From assembly GCF_009914755.1 (NCBI RefSeq), contig NC_060931.1: a stretch of DNA of 64,000 bases; one strand, written 5' to 3'. Below are positions 57,427 through 64,000 of the stretch, piece after piece. Origin of the DNA: the human T2T-CHM13v2.0 reference genome, Homo sapiens. Position 1 is the first letter of the stretch; every line of letters starts with the position of its first letter. A program made the position numbers and the translations under genes. The notes under the pieces are model-generated. The model was not told where the DNA came from and did no database searches. It saw only the letters and a list, made by a program, of their open reading frames with translations.

Positions 57427-58959
57427 GTAAGTAAAATTACCTGTGACTGTGGGGTGAAACCCAATTCTGACAGTTACACTTCTATCTGAAATTTTTGGGG
57501 AACTAGTTGATTCTGTTGTTTAAATCATCCTAACGAATCCATTCATGTGATTTGCCACTTTGTGCTATGCAATTCTTTAAAAATAAGCATTCAGCCACCA
57601 AATAAAAAGCAAAGTTATAACAGAATTGTATTTATATTGATTTCTCCACATCTTTAAAAGTATGCATACAAATGATCAAAGTGCATAAAAATGAGAATTC
57701 GTATTGTTTGGTATATAACAACTGTATTTTTTTTACCGTACCAAAAAAAAAAAAAAAGAAAATGTCCTTTAACTCTTGCCCTTCCTCTGATAGGATAAAT
57801 CCTGATGATTCTCTCAGGGACCTCTAGTAGATTAGCTCAACACTCGAGAATCATTGCAGCTTCAAGGTAAAAGAAAAATTCCCAGGGAATCAGTGTCCCC
57901 CATTCCACACAGCCGAAACCTGAATCTCCCTCAGAACCCCAGGGTTTCTATTTGGGCTGGCCTTGGATAAATTGTAAAGAAAACCAAATTGTATTCTATT
58001 GACCCTTTTGTTGTCCCTTCGTATCACTTCCTACTAGATCCTAGCCTTAAACTTTCTGCCATCTTCCCAGCCTCATGGTACTCCAGTAACTATCCCAAGA
58101 CATCTTGGTTCTAAACTAGGGGCCAGTATGTTGCTATCTAAATTTTAAAAGGGACACTGGAAGATGGAACAATAAGCCCTAAAGGACAGAATCTCTTGCT
58201 GATGCAATAGAATGACACTGATGTGACAGGTGCTGGGGGCAGTGTGTTATTTATAGACACAGAGCCCTTCCTTGCACCATGGAAGCAACTGTCCACTCTG
58301 CTTAGTCTCAAGGCCAGCCTTGTTTAGGACTCATAGAGATGGTTTCAATTTTGTTATGCCCAAGACAGAGTGTGAGGGTAGGTGGGGAAAACAGATCTGC
58401 ATGTAAGCAGGAGTAAACCAACTAAACAATACATGAGGAAGAAAGTTGTATTCGTCCTTTTTCAGGGAAAGGGAGAACCTTGGTTCCGTGCTGTGGGAGC
58501 TACTGTATTTCAAAGGAAGCTCTGACAGGTGTCAAAAATTTATCAGCTGCCTTTACAGGAAGGCATTAGCTCTGATCATGGTTTGGAGGCAGTTTAGCAA
58601 AACTGATGCAAAAAGGTGTCATATATTCATGTTCACTCCTGCATCATATTTTTCAACATTACCAACCTCCTCACCATTTCAGTCAGGCACCAACTGGTAT
58701 GTCGATCCTGTTGTTTGGACCATGATGTTTAGACTCCAAGGCAAAAAGTACAGAATGAAGGCAAGCTTAGGAACCTCAGACCACCCTAAGTAACATAAAG
58801 CCTTATTGCATGGAGCCAAAGAAAAAGATTTATGTGTCCCTGGAAGCTATTTTTTATTTTTGGAAGTGATTGTCATCAAATGTTGGCTGTTAAAAGCAAG
58901 ATCACAGTGTTTTCTTTTAAAGGCAACAGACTGTGAGATATTTTCCTCTAACTTCTGAA

Positions 58960-59165
58960 AGACCTTAAAAGTGAAGGTATTTCCTGCTCGGTCCAGACTC
59001 TACTTATTAGCTCTGGGACATTTGGTGGGTCATTTAACCTCTTGAATCTATAATACCTACAATATAGAATTGGAATGAGAATTTAAAACAAGGTAATATA
59101 TGCAAAATGCTTTGCACAGTGCTTGAAACAAAGCAAGCACTTGATAATTTATGGTTATTATTACT
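58960..59165 (+). mobile_element. MIR
   Basis: acttattagctctggga...catttaacctcttg...tgcacagtgcttgaaaca. Confidence 0.65.
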
Positions 59166-59319
59166 ATTGCCAAATGTATCAAAAAATTTACATGATCACC
59201 AAAGTTCCCTTTTCTCACTATCTGAATTAAGGATTTAACATAGCCTATCTGTAAAATAAACTAAAACTTATTGATATCTGAGGAATATATTTGGCATTTA
59301 GCATTTAGGAATCCTTAAT

Positions 59320-59480
59320 TCAGTGGTTTTTTACCAGGAGAACATGAAAAAACCTCTGAGATTCCATAAGTTCCCTAAAATTGCATGCAAAATTTTGAGT
59401 GGACATGTGTCCCTCTGGAGGGAGAATCCATAGCTTTTATCAAATGTTTTCATGACCCTAAGCAAGGTTAACCAGTGCTT
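59320..59480. mobile_element. hAT-Charlie MITE (MER103-like, tentative)
   Basis: cagtggtttttt...ccatagcttttatca...aaggttaaccagtg. Confidence 0.5.
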
Positions 59481-59628
59481 TAAATGAAGAGGCTGATTGT
59501 ACAATATGATTGCATCAGTTACTTTGTAAATCAGCTACTTATGGAGAACAAATGATTTATCTTGTGGTCTTCTCTAGAACAAGATTGAATGTTAAATGGC
59601 AAATTATTATTAAGAGTCAGTTTCTCTA

Positions 59629-59880
59629 GGCCAGGCATGGTGGCTCATGCCTGTAATCCTAGCACATTGCGGGGGCCCATCTCTACTAAAAATACAAAAA
59701 TTAGCCAGGCATGGTGGCCGGTGCCTATAATCCCAGCTACTCGGGAGGCTAAGGCAGGAGAATCACTTGAACCCAGCAGGGGGGAGGTTGCAGTGAGCCA
59801 AGATTGTGCCGTTTCACTCCAGCCTGGGCAAAAGAGCAAAACTCCATCTCAAAAAAAAAAAAAAAAAAAAGAAAAGAAAA
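59629..59880 (+). mobile_element. AluS with internal deletion in the left arm
   Basis: agcacattgcggggg joined directly to cccatctctactaaaaatac. Confidence 0.9.
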
Positions 59881-60052
59881 ATCAATTTTCTCTAGACTGA
59901 GAAGTGGGATACCCACACATATACCTTAAAGATGTCAAAATATTGTCTGGCCTTTCCTCATGCTTCTGAGTAGTGCTTTATAGAAATAATTTCCCATAGA
60001 CTGTTGCTGGCCCTCAGGTGGGATTGAGTCCTAGCCACTCAAGGAGGTTTAG

Positions 60053-60362
<310 letters not shown>

Positions 60363-61539
60363 AGTTACTCTTATTTATGAGATAGCACAGGCTCCATAGA
60401 GAACTGAACTGGTCTTAGATAAAGAAGTTACTCTTATTTATCTAAAGGATAAATTTATGTGAGGTTTAGATAAATAAGTTACTCTCCTCTTGCCTTTATC
60501 ATTGTGTCTTGACGTCTTTAAGTCCATTCCAGTAATGCTCCTTTGACTGACTGTCTGGCACCTTAGTACACCTGCATGCAGATCTTCACTTCATCTCAAG
60601 CTTTCAGGAAAAGGCTGGAGACACCTGTGCTAGATTGGCGTTGTTCTGCATAGAAAGTGTTCCGATCATTTTCACCCTACTGTCATTAGAGATACCAAAC
60701 AGGAAGCTAGGGAACTTCCTTTGTGATAGTAGGAGAAAAAAAAAAAACGTTAAAATAAAATACTTTCCACAGACCAGCTCAGTTCTTTATGGAGCCTGTG
60801 CTCTCTCATACACTGAAAGCCCAAATTTCAAACAGGGTTAGATTTAAGCTGGTGATTTAAATAGGTGAAAGGCTCTGTATCCTATTACTAATCCCAGAGC
60901 CATACAATCCCCCCTATCACCCCAGTAATATCACTGAGAAAGTCACCAGGCAAGGCCACAGGTTGAACTTTGTCATCTACTGGTGCTGGCTGACAGATTC
61001 AGTACTTGTCTGCTAGTAATGAGTCAACAACTTTTATTCCAGGGACCACTGACAGCAGCTGTTTGCAATAGTTGACAAGGAGAAGGAATAGAGGGAAAAG
61101 ATAGAGAAAAGAAGAGATTTTGTTTCCTCTCAGAAAACCAATGGTCCAAGTGAAAACACAAACACAAGTATGTAAATAACTTGTAAAGCAAATACAGAAT
61201 GAATGAGTATAAACCCAGACATTGGAAAAATATTACATAAGAGGAGATATTCACAGATTAAGATGGCTGGAGAGGAACTGAAGAATTATACCGAGAGTTT
61301 ATATAGGAGGAATGTCTTGTGCCAGCCTTAACACAGTGCGAGCCATGGATGGGGATCAGCTGGAGGGCCTCGTGAATAAAGAGAAATATTATGTAAAAGA
61401 ACAGAAGAGAGACAAATGAAGCTAAGCACAGAGTGAACAATCAAATTTGTTTAGTTGGAAAAAAAAGAAACTCCATATCCAAAGGAAATGGTCAGTTCTA
61501 AGAACAAAGAAGAGCCCGAATTATATTTCAATGCTCACT

Positions 61540-61720
61540 TATTAATTCATTAATTCATTTATTCAACACATATTTAGAGAGCACAAACCTGGAGATGACG
61601 CTTCTCTTGGCACTGAGATCACAGACTAATTCCCTGCTTTTACTGAGTTACATTCTAAGGAGAGGAGACACACAATGAGCCAATAAACAATAAATTAAAA
61701 AGCAAAATACCATTTACATC
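61540..61720 (-). mobile_element. L2 3' end
   Basis: attcatttattcaacacatatttagagagca...gagttacattctaagg. Confidence 0.7.
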
Positions 61721-62529
61721 TATGTGGTGAATAAGATCTCTAGGGTGCCTTTTGAGGAGACTGAGATACCACAGTGTCAGGGAACATGCTTGGTGGAGCA
61801 TGGTGACTATCTCGTGTGTGGTCTCTGAACATTAGCACTATTCTATACCTTTTGTTCTGAGGTGATATTAAGGCCACTGATATAGAACAATGAACAATTA
61901 ATCATAATATTGCCATTGAGTTCATGCGCAGTCTGTCCACAGGTTAGAGACCTTGGATGTTAGCAGGTATAGAGTTTGAAATTATCCAACCTTGAGGAAG
62001 AATGAGAAGAGGTAAAGCATGTGTCAACTGTGTTTTGGAAATTGCCTGCAGAGCACTCTTTTGTTTTTCTCTCATTCAGAAGACATACTATAAAGTAAAA
62101 TTTCATATAGAGACTATAAAAGGCTTGAAAAGTACCATCAATCAAAGATAATTTCATATTAGCCAGTCAACTCAGCTATAGAAATTTTATTTCTATATTT
62201 ACTAAACGTCCTCTCTAAATAAAATAAAGCAATTGACTCAATAGTAAAGAGTAAAATAGTAAATTCATTCTCCTAATTTGATATTTGGGATAAATAAGCA
62301 AATGAAGACTAATCTACATTTTTCTGTATTATCTTCAGGGAGGTGGGCCAGTCAAGAGCAGTGGCTTGTAATAGAACTGTGTAAGGGAGTGAATGGGGAC
62401 TCTATAGGAGGGCTGGTTTCCGGTCTATGGATGAAGTTAAAATGGTCCTTATAACAATGTTCAAATGATGCTCTGAGACCAGTCAGACTTTGAAGCTGAC
62501 CATTGCTGGTTTGTGAAGAATGTAAAAGG

Positions 62530-62905
<376 letters not shown>

Positions 62906-63113
62906 TTATGTACACACTCTCCAAGAAAACTGATGGACCAAAATTGGCATCAATCAGAAGCTCAGGAAAAAGTGAATTCTTATAAGCCCAACTGCAGTCA
63001 TTACTGAAAAAAAAAAAAGTCAAAAGTTAGAAAGTGCAAATGCTCAAAGGGCAGGTCATTAAAGGTTTCAACAGTTAGACCATTTAAGTTAATAAAATGG
63101 ACCTCACAAGTAA

Positions 63114-63377
<264 letters not shown>

Positions 63378-64000
63378 TAGTATTCAAACCAACTATCCTC
63401 AGCAAAATTTCTTTATGGCATTCATTTTGTTGTAAGATAAAATGAATACCGTTTCCTAATTCCTCCTCTAGGAAAATTGACCTTTCCTTTCTGATAGGGA
63501 ATCTAACAGCTTTCCAAGGGCCACTGTTCATAAGTTTTAGCAATCTGATCTTCCACAAATCCTCACCTCATGTGGAAAACAGGAAAAACCCTATGTGGAA
63601 AATTCCTAGATGAATTTGGTTGTATAGAATTGCCTATTTTCTAAATTAATATAGATTAACAAAGGGCAATGAGTAATTTGAACATATTTGCAAGTACAGT
63701 TTATAGAACAAATACACAGGTTGGTATACAGAGGTCTGTACACTCTAGAGCTCATTCTGCTACTGATACAGCTAACCCTTTATAGGTAACGTATTCCATT
63801 GTTGTATGTTTAAAATATGAAGAATAATGCTAAGCCATGTAGCCCATTAGTTAATGAATGAGAGAAGCGTTGTGGGCTTTTATTCTATATGGCAAAGTAA
63901 TATACAAACTACCACCTATTTGATTATCTACTACCCAAATGACAAGAATTAATAAATTAAAATATACCTAAAAGTGATGTATTATGTAGGTAGGATTTAT

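Overview
Human (primate) genomic DNA, rich in Alu and L1 repeats and mostly intronic or intergenic. It spans the divergent 5' ends of two recognisable genes. NDUFA5 (complex I subunit, minus strand) has its CpG-island promoter at ~6.3-6.9 kb and coding exons 1-2 (MAGVLKK / TTGLVGLAVCNTPHE); exon 3 onward lies left of the window. ASB15 (muscle/heart ankyrin-SOCS box protein, plus strand) has its first coding exon ([35 protein letters not shown]) at 63268-63376, with candidate 5'-UTR exons near 50.6, 52.8 and 57.4 kb and a muscle-type promoter. From memory this is the 7q31 NDUFA5-ASB15 locus. The rest is layered transposon debris: ~19 Alus, a 5.8-kb L1PA6-like element, L1MA/L1ME/L2/MIR fragments, MaLR/ERVL LTRs, Tigger1, MER44, MER47, MER5, MER33 and MER91. 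Nearly all ORFs in the supplied track are repeat-derived noise. I see no convincing new multi-gene system. The most notable observations are a retained L1 antisense promoter/ORF0 pointing at ASB15, a candidate NDUFA5 poison exon and long intron read-through frame, a splice-dependent Kozak context and degenerate UIM in ASB15, and several repair or retrotransposition scars (templated-insertion scar at 60.0-60.8 kb, ancient twin-priming L1, fold-back palindrome, trimeric Alu). Repeat subfamily names were assigned by eye and need RepeatMasker/Dfam confirmation.
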